Assembly (NCBI GenBank): GCA_031430855.1
Contig: JANPCG010000015.1
Location: 641 to 64,640 of the forward strand
Length of the DNA stretch: 64,000 nucleotides
Direction: 5' to 3'
Source: Candidatus Kaiserbacteria bacterium
GTDB lineage: Bacteria > Patescibacteriota > Minisyncoccia > Phycocordibacterales > UBA918
Shown: positions 1 through 9,873 of the stretch, in pieces
Position numbering within the stretch: the first letter of the stretch is position 1
How the letters are laid out: each line of letters starts with the position of its first letter
The notes under the pieces: generated by a model
Told to the model about the DNA's origin: nothing
Seen by the model: the letters and a program-made list of their open reading frames with translations, nothing else
Databases searched by the model: none
Translations under genes and position numbers: made by a program

Positions 1-668
1 GTGCCGTCACTACTCCACAGTATGGTAGCTGACTGAAATGGCACGTTGAATATCGTTCGACTAATGCGAGTAGAAGGCATGAGAGATTTTCCGATAATTC
101 CCTCAGTCGAAAGCTCACTAAAGAGAAGTTCATTATTGTATGAAAAAGCAAAATCTTTCATCTGTGGTGCCAGATTGTAGACGATACTCTCTTCTCCTCC
201 GACTAACTCAATCAATACGACTTCATTCTGAGTTCCATACCCAGAGCGAATAGCCACATATTTTCCATTTGGGCTAAATGCGGCCGATTGCGCGTTAACA
301 ATAGTTGTTTTAGAGAGCCGTTCCTCAACTCCGGTCTGTAAATTGATTTGATACACATGTCCGGTACCCGCTTCTGCGTAGCGAACAAATCTAGGTTCAC
401 TTGTTGTCGCTTGGTAATCACGAAATCCAATCACCGGTTTGGTGGTAAGTTGTCGTAGTTTGGTGGTGAGGACATCAACGGTAGTGGGAGGCACCGACTC
501 TTCTGGGGTTTCGATAAATTCACCAGGCGTATCTGAACCTAGGCCACTAAAGTTAGTAAAAACGTCAGTCAGTTGTTTTGGGGTGCCATAAAACAACAAA
601 TATAACCAAATGGTAAACAGAACAACGACCGCTGCAATTCCAATGAGAATAAGGGTTGATTTTTTCAT
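1..668 (-). CDS. Partial CDS (N-terminal part; continues past window start). N-terminal membrane anchor followed by PD40/TolB-like beta-propeller repeats (FSPNGKYVAI-type motif).
   Basis: Minus-strand ATG at 668 (MKKSTLILIGIAAVVVLF...). Frame stays open to position 1. PD40-like repeat motif seen by eye. Not in the ORF track because it is truncated. Confidence 0.5.
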   Translation of the reverse strand, partial: MKKSTLILIGIAAVVVLFTIWLYLLFYGTPKQLTDVFTNFSGLGSDTPGEFIETPEESVPPTTVDVLTTKLRQLTTKPVIGFRDYQATTSEPRFVRYAEAGTGHVYQINLQTGVEERLSKTTIVNAQSAAFSPNGKYVAIRSGYGTQNEVVLIELVGGEESIVYNLAPQMKDFAFSYNNELLFSELSTEGIIGKSLMPSTRISRTIFNVPFQSATILWSSDG

Positions 669-671
669 AGA

Positions 672-1670
672 CTAAAATTGAACACGGAATGACTCCTCGT
701 CACCCTGGAGTAATTCGGATAGATTACGAATCTTGAACCCAACTCGGGCTTCCCCGCCCCCTTCTCGTTGGATATTGATTTCAAAGGGATCTCTTGTTTC
801 GGTGTTGCTTATTTGGCTATTAATTCTCCATTCGGTAAAGAGTGAGCGTGAAATTGAACGGGTGTCTAGGTTATAGGGCACTGCTCTGATGGTGCTACTA
901 TTTCCCACAAGGGTAAGGGAATCACCAATCGCTCGCTCGGAGAGTCCGTAGAGTGTGCTGTTTTCGTAAAAAATAACGTCAACCTCTTGGATTGGAATAG
1001 ATACAACCTTACGACCAACTACCTCCCCACTTTTGCTAGTAATCGTCAGGCCAATTAAGCTGTTGCGCCCGAACGGCACCACGATCTGGGCCCGATTATT
1101 CCCCGCGCGCGGACCACCGTAAATTGACTTACCATTAAGTTGCCAATTGTAGGTATATTCCTGTGGGTTAAACATTCCGTTACTGCCTTGGATTAAGGTC
1201 GTGAGATTTATGATACTTCCATGTACTGGTAAAGCGCGACCGTGGTAAAAAACGGAAGTATAGGTTTGTGGTTCAACTACCAAATCAACGTAAAGGGGTC
1301 GAATGGTAGTTTTGGCCGAAATGGTTGGTTTGTTAGAAAAGACCAAACGCACTTCGACGGTAATAGTTTTTCCAACCGTTGGTGAAATGAGTGAAATGGT
1401 TCGTAAATTTTTAAATGTGGGAGTTTCAATACCGTCCAGGATCCACAGAATAGTAGCGCCACTACTATCGATAGAATAATCATCCAGCTCAATACTAACG
1501 AGCTCGCCAGGGCCCGGAAATTGTGGACTCAGGGTGATATTTACAGCATCTCCGATAAAGCTAGAGTCGAGTTGAGCCGACGCGTTGTTTCCGAGGCAGA
1601 AAAAACCAACCAGTAAAATTAAAACCAATATTCGCATTACTCTATTGTAGCAAATGTTTTTTGCCATCAT
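672..1670 (-). CDS. Secreted hypothetical protein with signal peptide (MRILVLILLVGFFCLGNNASA). Start may be internal at 1637.
   Basis: 332 aa ORF with an N-terminal hydrophobic signal. Same strand as the T4SS-like cluster. Confidence 0.5.
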   Translation of the reverse strand: MMAKNICYNRVMRILVLILLVGFFCLGNNASAQLDSSFIGDAVNITLSPQFPGPGELVSIELDDYSIDSSGATILWILDGIETPTFKNLRTISLISPTVGKTITVEVRLVFSNKPTISAKTTIRPLYVDLVVEPQTYTSVFYHGRALPVHGSIINLTTLIQGSNGMFNPQEYTYNWQLNGKSIYGGPRAGNNRAQIVVPFGRNSLIGLTITSKSGEVVGRKVVSIPIQEVDVIFYENSTLYGLSERAIGDSLTLVGNSSTIRAVPYNLDTRSISRSLFTEWRINSQISNTETRDPFEINIQREGGGEARVGFKIRNLSELLQGDEESFRVQF

Positions 1671-1683
1671 GTCGGTTTTACCG

Positions 1684-2421
1684 CTATTTTGGGTTAATTA
1701 CTACCGCCGCTACCCAGAGTCCTAAGAGCGGCAGCATATTAAGTAAGGGTACAAATGAACTAATTAAAATCAACAAAATGGAAATAATTTTAAATGCCGC
1801 CCCCCGACCGAACCAAGGATGGATAAAACCAATTTTAAATAACACTGTCCCGATGATGATTTGGCAGAAATAAAAAAAACAAATTAAGGCACTAAATATT
1901 AAGTAGACAAACATAAACATATCAACCGTAAAGCCTCCAATCAATTCCACGGTTGCAGCAGCAGCTTCCGCGACAAAGGAACTGTCGACTAACAATTGTG
2001 CTGCGTAGGCGAGACCAAAGAAAACACTCGCGACTACTGCTAACGGGAGCTGGATTGTTAAATACCAAGGAATAGCCCAGGCAGAAATACCGGCGGCAAT
2101 AGGAGTAGCACGGACCCGGGCTAAATTAACTAGTACTGTTTGTTTGAGTCTCTTTAGGCGACTTTTTTTCTCGCGTGGTAGGGGGGATGGAGTGGGGGCA
2201 AAGTTTTCATTAGCTGCCGCTGACGGTTCGTTGTAGCTTTGTGCGATCTCATTTTGGTATTTAACCCGGGGTCGGTTTGGCGTATTTGCTGCTCTCCCCG
2301 GCTGCACATTCCGTTGCATGGTTTGTAGTTGGGCATTCTGGACGCCCCATTGATTTTTGGGGTAATTTTCTGCCTCAAATTGAGACGCAATGTCGGGATG
2401 AAGCGGATTGGAAGCGGCCAT
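1684..2421 (-). CDS. Polytopic membrane protein, hypothetical (hydrophilic N-terminus, several C-terminal TM helices)
   Basis: 245 aa ORF with several long hydrophobic stretches. Lies next to the VirB4 gene. Confidence 0.5.
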   Translation of the reverse strand: MAASNPLHPDIASQFEAENYPKNQWGVQNAQLQTMQRNVQPGRAANTPNRPRVKYQNEIAQSYNEPSAAANENFAPTPSPLPREKKSRLKRLKQTVLVNLARVRATPIAAGISAWAIPWYLTIQLPLAVVASVFFGLAYAAQLLVDSSFVAEAAAATVELIGGFTVDMFMFVYLIFSALICFFYFCQIIIGTVLFKIGFIHPWFGRGAAFKIISILLILISSFVPLLNMLPLLGLWVAAVVINPK

Positions 2422-2436
2422 AACACCCTCAGTATA

Positions 2437-4236
2437 CTACAGCTGAGTGCCCTCTAGTTCACGCCTCGCGTTTTTTATCTGGAGGATTTGTGACGGGTCA
2501 GAGGTGATAATCTGATCCTCGGTATAGGACGCAATGACTTTAATTGCCACGTGTTTTAACCCTACAAAGAATAATCCTTCCCCCACATCGGATTCGAGCA
2601 ATAAGAATTTTTCTTCATCCGTAAGGTTGAAGGTACGTTGAATGTTATCAATCGCGGTTGGTGATTGTTTCATGAGAAATTGAAGAGAAGAGTTGGTAAT
2701 CATTGGTACGCCATAGGGGGAACGAAGAAAGTCATCCACATCTTGGGTAATGGTCGCAATCCCTAAAAAGTACTTCCGTCCTCGTTTAGCGAGACTGAAT
2801 AAAAACGATGCGGTATCTTCTGATTTCATCATCCACCACGCCTCATCAATCACCAGGAGTCGTTTAACGAGACGGCGCCTGATGGCAGACCAAATATAAT
2901 TAGTCACAATAAACATCCCAATAGTTTTGAGTTCATCTTCCATATCGCGCAGTGAAAACACCACAAATTTTTGATTTATATCAACGTTTGTTGGGTGGTT
3001 CATAAACCCAGACCAGGTTCCCGAGGTATATTTCTGTAGCCGACTGATGAGTGACCCACTCCCATTCATACCTGCCAACACCATTTCAAAATCGGATAAC
3101 AAAGGCGGCTCGAGCTCGCTAAAATTACTTTGTTCGGTAATGTCTTTTAGTGCGTAGGTCTCGCGAATTGCTTGATCGACGATCGTTTCCTCTTCGGGAC
3201 TGAGTCCGCCTAACATCAGTCGGAACAACCCAATGAGGTGCACGATTTGTGAGCGAAGGATGTCAGCCGGCTCCTCGTCTTCCCCAGGGGCTGGTAAATC
3301 AAACGGGTTAATGTGGTGTTTTGACGAAAGCGAAATATTAAAGAAACGTCCACCGGTTGCTTCAGCTAGGTATTCATATTCGCGCTCAGGGTCGATCACT
3401 ATCACTTCTGTTCCAAACATTAGGGACCGTAGAATTTCCAACTTAATACTGTATGACTTACCGGCACCAGAGGTCGCAAAGGTAACCGAGTTGTAGTTCG
3501 TGAGACCAAATCGATCAAATAGTACCAAAGATGAGTTGTGGCGGTTAATGCCGTAGAGGATTCCGGTGTCTGAGGTGAGGTCAAATGAGGTAAAGGGAAA
3601 AAAGCTCGAAAGGGGTGAAGAATTAAATTTACTATGGACCATTAATTCATCAGTACCGGTTGGAAAAATACTTCGTACCCCTTGTTCTTGCTGAAACAAA
3701 GCCGGTTTAATATAAATTAACTTAGAGTCAAGTGAACCTTTGATGTCATTTTCGACCTTATTCAAGGCTGTTTCGGTGTCACCATAGACGGCAATATAAA
3801 GCCCTACATCAAATAACTTTTCCTCAGCCTGTTGAAGTTTGTCACGCAGCTCTTCGAGATTGCGGTAGGCTGCTTCGAGCTGCGGGTCACGCACTTCCCC
3901 ACGATTGGCACGGATGTTAATTTGACTCTGTACCTCGGCTACTTTTTTTTGGAATTTTTTTAGGGTTTCTGCCGTACTGATAGGGTGAATTACAATCGTG
4001 ACATCAAGTTCCTTCTCGAGGTTAAGAATTGGTTCAAGCCACCCATCATTTAAATAGCGCGGGTAGGACACTGCGTAGAACACACGAGCTTGCGTTCCGC
4101 TAATGTTAATACTCCGGGGATTGATATTAATTGCTGACGGTGCAATCACATCAGTCAAGGTCAAGAGACTTTCACTAATCGCGTCCTGGCTCGGAGTTGT
4201 TTTAGGTTTAGGTTTTAAGTTGTCGAATAATCCCAT
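2437..4236 (-). CDS. VirB4/TraC/PrgJ-family type IV secretion / conjugation ATPase (C-terminal ATPase portion or complete short form)
   Basis: Walker A FATSGAGKSYS, Walker B VIDEAWWMM (DEAW) and a downstream ITQD motif. The N-terminus has a YPRYL-type motif seen in Gram-positive VirB4 proteins. Confidence 0.8.
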   Translation of the reverse strand: MGLFDNLKPKPKTTPSQDAISESLLTLTDVIAPSAININPRSINISGTQARVFYAVSYPRYLNDGWLEPILNLEKELDVTIVIHPISTAETLKKFQKKVAEVQSQINIRANRGEVRDPQLEAAYRNLEELRDKLQQAEEKLFDVGLYIAVYGDTETALNKVENDIKGSLDSKLIYIKPALFQQEQGVRSIFPTGTDELMVHSKFNSSPLSSFFPFTSFDLTSDTGILYGINRHNSSLVLFDRFGLTNYNSVTFATSGAGKSYSIKLEILRSLMFGTEVIVIDPEREYEYLAEATGGRFFNISLSSKHHINPFDLPAPGEDEEPADILRSQIVHLIGLFRLMLGGLSPEEETIVDQAIRETYALKDITEQSNFSELEPPLLSDFEMVLAGMNGSGSLISRLQKYTSGTWSGFMNHPTNVDINQKFVVFSLRDMEDELKTIGMFIVTNYIWSAIRRRLVKRLLVIDEAWWMMKSEDTASFLFSLAKRGRKYFLGIATITQDVDDFLRSPYGVPMITNSSLQFLMKQSPTAIDNIQRTFNLTDEEKFLLLESDVGEGLFFVGLKHVAIKVIASYTEDQIITSDPSQILQIKNARRELEGTQL

Positions 4237-4242
4237 GTTGTT

Positions 4243-4872
4243 CTATTGTATCGTAGGTGCGCTCCCGGTGATATCACCCGGATTGTATATGTGGTAAAAG
4301 AGTTCAACTAATTCATCGGTCTGGAGTGCAATCGTGCGGACTCCGATTCGGTTGAGTCCCTGTTCAACAATTGCTTGGCGTTGCTCGAGCTGGAGGCGCT
4401 GCTCTTCGATGGTCATATCATTTTGGATACTCATGCGGCCTTGAGAAATGATACTCCCAAAGCTTTTCGTGAGGTTTACCTTGGCGGCTGTGTAGGGAAC
4501 CACAACAAAAAAGTTTTTACTCATCACATCCACATCAGCCACAAAAGAGCGAATAAACTCAATGTATTCACGCAGCTGGATTCGCATTAAGTCGTTATCT
4601 TGATCGACGTTTCGCTCGTTAAGCATCGCTAAATACGGCTCAATATTAAGACGTCTTGATTGGACGTAAATCTGCAGTGAGAAATCAAGCGTGTTGAGGA
4701 AGTTTTGAAACTGAAACAGAATGGCTCGTTGTTCATCTTGAGATTTGAGCGCAAAGTTAACCGAAGAAGCTAAAAGAATCTTGCACAACTGACCACTTTT
4801 CAGTATGACAATATCATCGCGAATATCACGAATGGCAACAAATTCTTGGGTGGCTGCATTAGGGGTTGGCAT
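4243..4872 (-). CDS. VirB4 N-terminal-domain-like ORF. It is in frame with the downstream ATPase and separated only by TAG plus two codons.
   Basis: 209 aa, hydrophilic. The architecture (IRDIRDDIVILKSGQL...) resembles VirB4 N-domains. The stop TAG at 4243-4245 is in frame with the ATG at 4236. Confidence 0.45.
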   Translation of the reverse strand: MPTPNAATQEFVAIRDIRDDIVILKSGQLCKILLASSVNFALKSQDEQRAILFQFQNFLNTLDFSLQIYVQSRRLNIEPYLAMLNERNVDQDNDLMRIQLREYIEFIRSFVADVDVMSKNFFVVVPYTAAKVNLTKSFGSIISQGRMSIQNDMTIEEQRLQLEQRQAIVEQGLNRIGVRTIALQTDELVELFYHIYNPGDITGSAPTIQ

Positions 4873-4875
4873 AGA

Positions 4876-5307
4876 TTATTTTTTTTGAAGAGCTTGCAAT
4901 TCGAGACGCCTGGCGAGCGAGGTGATATCTTTTTTTGGACTACTCGCGGCGGGTATATAGCCAGGATTACGAATGGTTGTCGTGGGTAAGAAGCTTTGCT
5001 TGTGAATTATTTCTCGTTGTTGCTGCCAGAGATAGAGACGGTGTCGCCTAAAGTAATTATAAATAGCTTCTATAAAGTACGAAAAAGGTCGATTGTTGAT
5101 AGGGTAAAAAGAGAGCGCTCCCGCGAGAATTCCAAGTGGCAATCCAATGAGTATAAACACAATAAACGGAGCGGTGAGAAACAGTACGACCGCCATTCCG
5201 GCTCCCCCACCGAGATAGAGAAATTGCCGCCAAGTAAACGGGCCAAAAATTTTATCTTCAATTTCGATGAACTGCGGCACTTCAAATTGCATACCCGTAT
5301 TATACAC
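4876..5307 (-). CDS. PrgI/VirB3-like small membrane protein of conjugation systems
   Basis: 143 aa with two N-terminal TM helices (FTWRQFLYLGGGAGMAVVLFLTAPFIVFILIGLPLGIL). Sits directly upstream of VirB4, as in Gram-positive T4SS loci. Confidence 0.5.
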   Translation of the reverse strand: MYNTGMQFEVPQFIEIEDKIFGPFTWRQFLYLGGGAGMAVVLFLTAPFIVFILIGLPLGILAGALSFYPINNRPFSYFIEAIYNYFRRHRLYLWQQQREIIHKQSFLPTTTIRNPGYIPAASSPKKDITSLARRLELQALQKK

Positions 5308-5356
5308 GCACGAGGCAGTGTGACGAGAGCACTATCCCAAAATGTATTTCAGTTTA

Positions 5357-6037
5357 TTAGGCGCCCCAGCGTGGTGTTTCAATTGATGTCGCAGGCGGTG
5401 TCGTTGGTTTGGCGTCAGGGGTAGAGGTGTATGCCGGCAGGTCAGAGAGTGGGGTGCGCACTGGCGGTTGCTCCGAGGTATAGACCGGTGTTTCAACGTC
5501 AGCGATTGGTTCATAACTGGTTCGCTCTGGTGACCGCGCCATATCACTCGCCATAGTACGGATTTCAGGCATATGCGGTACTTCTTCAGTCGGAATGGGT
5601 GTAGCGCCGGTGACGGGAATACTCACGCTTGATGGTGGAATATAGAAGGTTGCACTAGAATGAGTGCTGGGGGCAGGTATAGGTGTAGACACTATGGTTT
5701 CTTCGGTTTCCGCATCTTCCTCTTCTGGTACAACAAAAGTTGGGTCAGAGAGTGGCGCCAAGAACTCGAGCACATCTGCCCCTAGTAATCCCGCGGTCGT
5801 CGCGTCTAGCCCAAGCTCTTGTTGGAGGAGTGGGACGGTGTCTTCAGTTCGGTAGAAGCCGAGGATGATGTCCCCCAGAGTTAATATTAAATCTACGTAT
5901 ATTTTTTCAAGGTGGTATTTTGTACTCATCATGATGCTAAGCTCAACAAGTCTTTTGTTGTAAAAGAACTGAATTTTTTCTGAAGACTGTTCGAGCACCT
6001 GTAGTCTTGAGTTGTGAGTTGTGTAGTTATGGTCCAT
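5357..6037 (-). CDS. Hypothetical protein with a Pro/Thr-rich C-terminal tail
   Basis: 226 aa ORF. Low-complexity PT-rich end. Overlaps the upstream gene by 11 nt. Confidence 0.4.
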   Translation of the reverse strand: MDHNYTTHNSRLQVLEQSSEKIQFFYNKRLVELSIMMSTKYHLEKIYVDLILTLGDIILGFYRTEDTVPLLQQELGLDATTAGLLGADVLEFLAPLSDPTFVVPEEEDAETEETIVSTPIPAPSTHSSATFYIPPSSVSIPVTGATPIPTEEVPHMPEIRTMASDMARSPERTSYEPIADVETPVYTSEQPPVRTPLSDLPAYTSTPDAKPTTPPATSIETPRWGA

Positions 6038-8327
6038 ATTTCTTTTTTCCTTCTTCGCTTCTGAAGTACGCTAATACACCTGGCTGAATTCCCCACCGAG
6101 CTGCATTAAATTCAAACACCTGACGAAGTTGAAATCGCTGCGCTTGATCAAGCGTCCCTTCTTTTGCGATTTCTTCAAGTATACCAGAGGATATTTTTGG
6201 ATATGCGGAAGAGTATGAAGCGTCGAGGAAAACCTCTTTCGGTAGTTGGATAAATTCCTTAGGCTTTTTGGCAAGCTCTGTAAGTATTGCGTCCGCACCA
6301 CCTCCAGGACTCTGAATAAGATCCAATATACGAGATTTCTTGTTTTGTTTAATTGAGTCATTAAGTTCAGGGGTGGTTTTCTTAGAATTCTTTGTCCAGT
6401 CATCCAACTGAGTAGCTGATAGTAAATGGCTGTTGGTGGATACCCATTCAACCCCAAGTGTGTCGAGCTCGTCTCGTGTGAGCTTTGAGGTTTTGCTTGG
6501 TGAAGGGGTTGCAATGCCTCCAATTTTATTACCAACGGCAGTTTTTCTTGCGCCAGCAATACCACCCTTTTCACTGGAAGAGATCTTTTCGCTGTCCATT
6601 AGTTTTGAGGTTTGATCAGTAGTAAAGGAAGAAGCGTATTTTGCTCGTGTTTTAGAATCAAGATCTTCGATATCACTTTTTGAAAGACCTGTAATGTATT
6701 GTTTGGCTTTAGCCTCTTCTCCCTCCAGTGATACGAGTTTACTTCTATCGTCTGCTGACATACCAGCGTATGTTGCTGGATTAGCGGCAAGAGAACGGAG
6801 ACGTTCCAATTCAGGTCGATTTTTATCGGTATCTTTGACTGCAGCCCGGCCTTTCTTGGTGTCCTTAATTCCCTGCATTCTTGAACGGTTTTTTGTTACG
6901 TCAGCCTTTTCTGATTCGATTTCACTACGTGTTTTAGCTAGACCGGTTCCGCCGGCGCCGTACTCGTAACCAGACTTAAGTCCGTTACGTAAAGATCGAG
7001 TTCCCGGCAAATTTGACATGCCAGTTCGGTCCATTATGTTCAGACCAAGCTTTGATGCTCTTCCGCCTGTGTTTCTGTAGAGAACACCTTGGGTATTTTT
7101 ACGCAACGTATTTCCCATCGAAATTGCCGTTGAGGCACCAACTGCTCCCATACTACGCGCAACAGACAGTGACATAACCAAGAACACCATTGCCATAATA
7201 AAGAACGGCAAAACAGCCAGCGCACTCTGACTGGTCGCCGGGTCGGGAGAAAACATCGCGGCGTAACTTTGTGCCCCTGGGCGAGTACTGTAGGCGTAAA
7301 GGACGCGGAACGAAAGGTACAACATCAGTAAATAGGCAGGAGCAAAAAATGCTTGTTTAAGAAATCCAGTCCAAAACTTACTCGAAGTCCCGGAGAAGGC
7401 AGGAAACACCCACCCGAGGAACATAACCGGTGAAAACACCATATAGACATTAAGCGCAATAAATCGAATGATAAGTAAGATACCCCCTGCAGCAAACACA
7501 AAAGTGGCAGTTGCAAGGAATATCATTAAACCGAATATATACGCTAATGCCCCACCATTCCCAAATGCCGTTATCTGGCCTTGAGAAATCTCGAGGGTTG
7601 TCTCAAGGTTAAGAATGTTTATGAAGGCATTTGCAATGTCACCGCGCGCTTCACCAAAACCGTCAGCGATTACCGATGATGCCACGTGGGAGAGATCAAT
7701 GATAAATTTGGTAATAAAAAGACTAAAATTTACCAAGAGGGCCGCTCCGATTAAAGACACGAGCATGCTGCGTGCGCGTGAGTCACTCGAATCAAGAATC
7801 ATCTTAAAGCCTATGTATACTAACCCAAAGATAAAGGTGAGGTTAAAGAGGTCTCGAATGATTCGCCACACTTCTTCTACTGCAAAGCCAATCCCGTCAT
7901 TGTAGTAGCGGTCACCAAACCCGAGAAGGAAAGAATTAATACCAAATGTCATCAAATATCCAGCAAAGGAAAAGAGTGTTGTAAACACTGAGTAGACGAA
8001 TTCATAGAGCCATTGGTAGAGTGGGTTGGCAAACTGAACGGTTGGTACTTCAGTGGTTTGGGTCTGAGTTTCTTCGGGTGCAGCCGCGCCCCCGCCAGTA
8101 GTGCCGCCGCCATAGGTGCCAGTTACGGGGTCATATGTTGGAGCAAAGCCGGGTCGGTTAAATTGATCAGAATAGAAACCGCGATCAATAGGGTCTGTCA
8201 CTACCGGCGGTCTCGGACCAAGGTCTCCGGCGTAAGCAGTTTGACTTATAAGAAGAAATCCAAACAGTAACAAACTACCGATCAGTATCGCTATAAAGCT
8301 CTGCATTTTTGTTACCTGTCTAATCAT
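6027..8327 (-). CDS. Large polytopic membrane protein, putative VirB6/TrbL-like T4SS channel component with a hydrophilic Lys-rich C-terminal domain
   Basis: 766 aa. Signal/TM at the N-terminus, a Gly-rich linker, at least six predicted TM helices, then about 350 aa of hydrophilic tail. Position in the cluster fits. Confidence 0.4.
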   Translation of the reverse strand: MIRQVTKMQSFIAILIGSLLLFGFLLISQTAYAGDLGPRPPVVTDPIDRGFYSDQFNRPGFAPTYDPVTGTYGGGTTGGGAAAPEETQTQTTEVPTVQFANPLYQWLYEFVYSVFTTLFSFAGYLMTFGINSFLLGFGDRYYNDGIGFAVEEVWRIIRDLFNLTFIFGLVYIGFKMILDSSDSRARSMLVSLIGAALLVNFSLFITKFIIDLSHVASSVIADGFGEARGDIANAFINILNLETTLEISQGQITAFGNGGALAYIFGLMIFLATATFVFAAGGILLIIRFIALNVYMVFSPVMFLGWVFPAFSGTSSKFWTGFLKQAFFAPAYLLMLYLSFRVLYAYSTRPGAQSYAAMFSPDPATSQSALAVLPFFIMAMVFLVMSLSVARSMGAVGASTAISMGNTLRKNTQGVLYRNTGGRASKLGLNIMDRTGMSNLPGTRSLRNGLKSGYEYGAGGTGLAKTRSEIESEKADVTKNRSRMQGIKDTKKGRAAVKDTDKNRPELERLRSLAANPATYAGMSADDRSKLVSLEGEEAKAKQYITGLSKSDIEDLDSKTRAKYASSFTTDQTSKLMDSEKISSSEKGGIAGARKTAVGNKIGGIATPSPSKTSKLTRDELDTLGVEWVSTNSHLLSATQLDDWTKNSKKTTPELNDSIKQNKKSRILDLIQSPGGGADAILTELAKKPKEFIQLPKEVFLDASYSSAYPKISSGILEEIAKEGTLDQAQRFQLRQVFEFNAARWGIQPGVLAYFRSEEGKKKYGP

Positions 8328-8387
8328 TTCGTTTTTACTCCAATCTCTCCGTTATTCTAACACCCCTCCCTTAATTCCGTGCAGAAA

Positions 8388-9863
8388 TTATGGGAGTATA
8401 CGACGCCACTCATTCACTCGCTGGGAAATTTCACTCGCTGAGGTAAGGGTGCCATTGGCAGTGAGGTCAATAAAATCAACTGCGACGTCCTGCCTAATCG
8501 CTCCAACCGGCTGCTGAGTCGTGGCGGTAGAACTTGCCGTGTCGTGACGGGTAATCATGGTGGTGAGGGTGGTTACATTGGTTTGTACGCCAACTCGAAT
8601 CGTAGTGGCGCTACTAATGAGGCTCACCAATTGGGAACTTGGTGGTGTAGTGTCAGAAGAGACGGTAGAGGTGCCGGCCGGCAGACTGGCTCCGGTAGGG
8701 CTCAAACCACGAGACCTCAGTTCAGCAGTAGCTCGAGCAATGTAGTTGTCAATAATGGCCAAGAAATTTTGTTCATTTTGGAGAGCGGTATTTATCTGAG
8801 TCCTAATCGTTGAGGTGTCAATAAAAATCCTATCGTTTTCTTCGCGAGCAGCATCTATATATGAACTGGTACCATTACTACCAAAACTATTATCCGCATA
8901 CGCTGAGTTTCCACCCAAGCCTAAGAGTCCGTTAATACCACGCATCGCCTGGAGCGTGAGTTGACTAATCAGGGCACCAATAATTTCATTAATTTCGTCT
9001 GCTTCAATTAAGGTTCGCTGTCCGGTTGAGAGCTGGAATGTTAAGGCTTCACTAATTACCTTGCCCGGTGTGGTTATTTTACAATTAGCTCCTTTTCCAG
9101 CCGGTTTACCTTCAATGGCTTCACAAACACGTTTTGAGAGGAAACCATCACTCCAGCTCGCTATTTCAATTTCTTGACCAGCTTCATTTTTGAGTCGAAT
9201 GTCGAGTTTTGCTTCAGCTTCTAGGTAAGCTCCATACGGGGTGTTTTGGGGGTTGCTACTCATTTCAAGCCATTCTTCCCAACCCCCATTACTGACGCCG
9301 CTCAAGAAACCCTCGATATTGTTTTGAATATCGGAAAGTCGACAAGCCGGTGCTGTTGGTCCAGACGGCATGCCGCTCCGCGCCTGCTGGTAGTTAATTG
9401 CCAAAGCGGCCTGGACATCAAGTCGGAATGGTGAACAAATAAATTCACCAATTCCTCCCAGACTACGAATATATTCACCGGCGGCAGTATCAAGTGCATC
9501 AAGTAAAAAACCATTTAAGTCTGTAATAAACGCTGGGCTACCTTGAAATCCAGAGTTAATCCAGTTAACGAGACTCTGGGTCATTTGACTCATAATTTGT
9601 TTGGCAATGGCCCAACCAATTCCATCAAGGAGCTCTTTATTTAAAAGACCGGCCGTAGACACCGCTGTGATACCGGTATTAGCAGCAGTGAGCGTGTTTT
9701 GTACCGCTGAAACAGCTAATTCTGCCTGTTGGGTAATCTGCATTCCTAATGTAGCGTTTCCTCCAGCGGCACGGGTATAAGGAGTTGTTGCAGTAGTGAT
9801 AGTAACTACGAGCACTACCGCAAGGAAGCTCGTACCAAATTTTTGTAGTAAAGAACGTGTCAT
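8388..9863 (-). CDS. Secreted hypothetical protein (signal peptide FLAVVLVVTITTATT), T4SS-cluster associated
   Basis: ORF track 8388..9971. The likely true ATG at 9863 gives MTRSLLQKFGTSFLAVVL... Confidence 0.5.
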   Translation of the reverse strand: MTRSLLQKFGTSFLAVVLVVTITTATTPYTRAAGGNATLGMQITQQAELAVSAVQNTLTAANTGITAVSTAGLLNKELLDGIGWAIAKQIMSQMTQSLVNWINSGFQGSPAFITDLNGFLLDALDTAAGEYIRSLGGIGEFICSPFRLDVQAALAINYQQARSGMPSGPTAPACRLSDIQNNIEGFLSGVSNGGWEEWLEMSSNPQNTPYGAYLEAEAKLDIRLKNEAGQEIEIASWSDGFLSKRVCEAIEGKPAGKGANCKITTPGKVISEALTFQLSTGQRTLIEADEINEIIGALISQLTLQAMRGINGLLGLGGNSAYADNSFGSNGTSSYIDAAREENDRIFIDTSTIRTQINTALQNEQNFLAIIDNYIARATAELRSRGLSPTGASLPAGTSTVSSDTTPPSSQLVSLISSATTIRVGVQTNVTTLTTMITRHDTASSTATTQQPVGAIRQDVAVDFIDLTANGTLTSASEISQRVNEWRRILP

Positions 9864-9873
9864 AATAATTATG

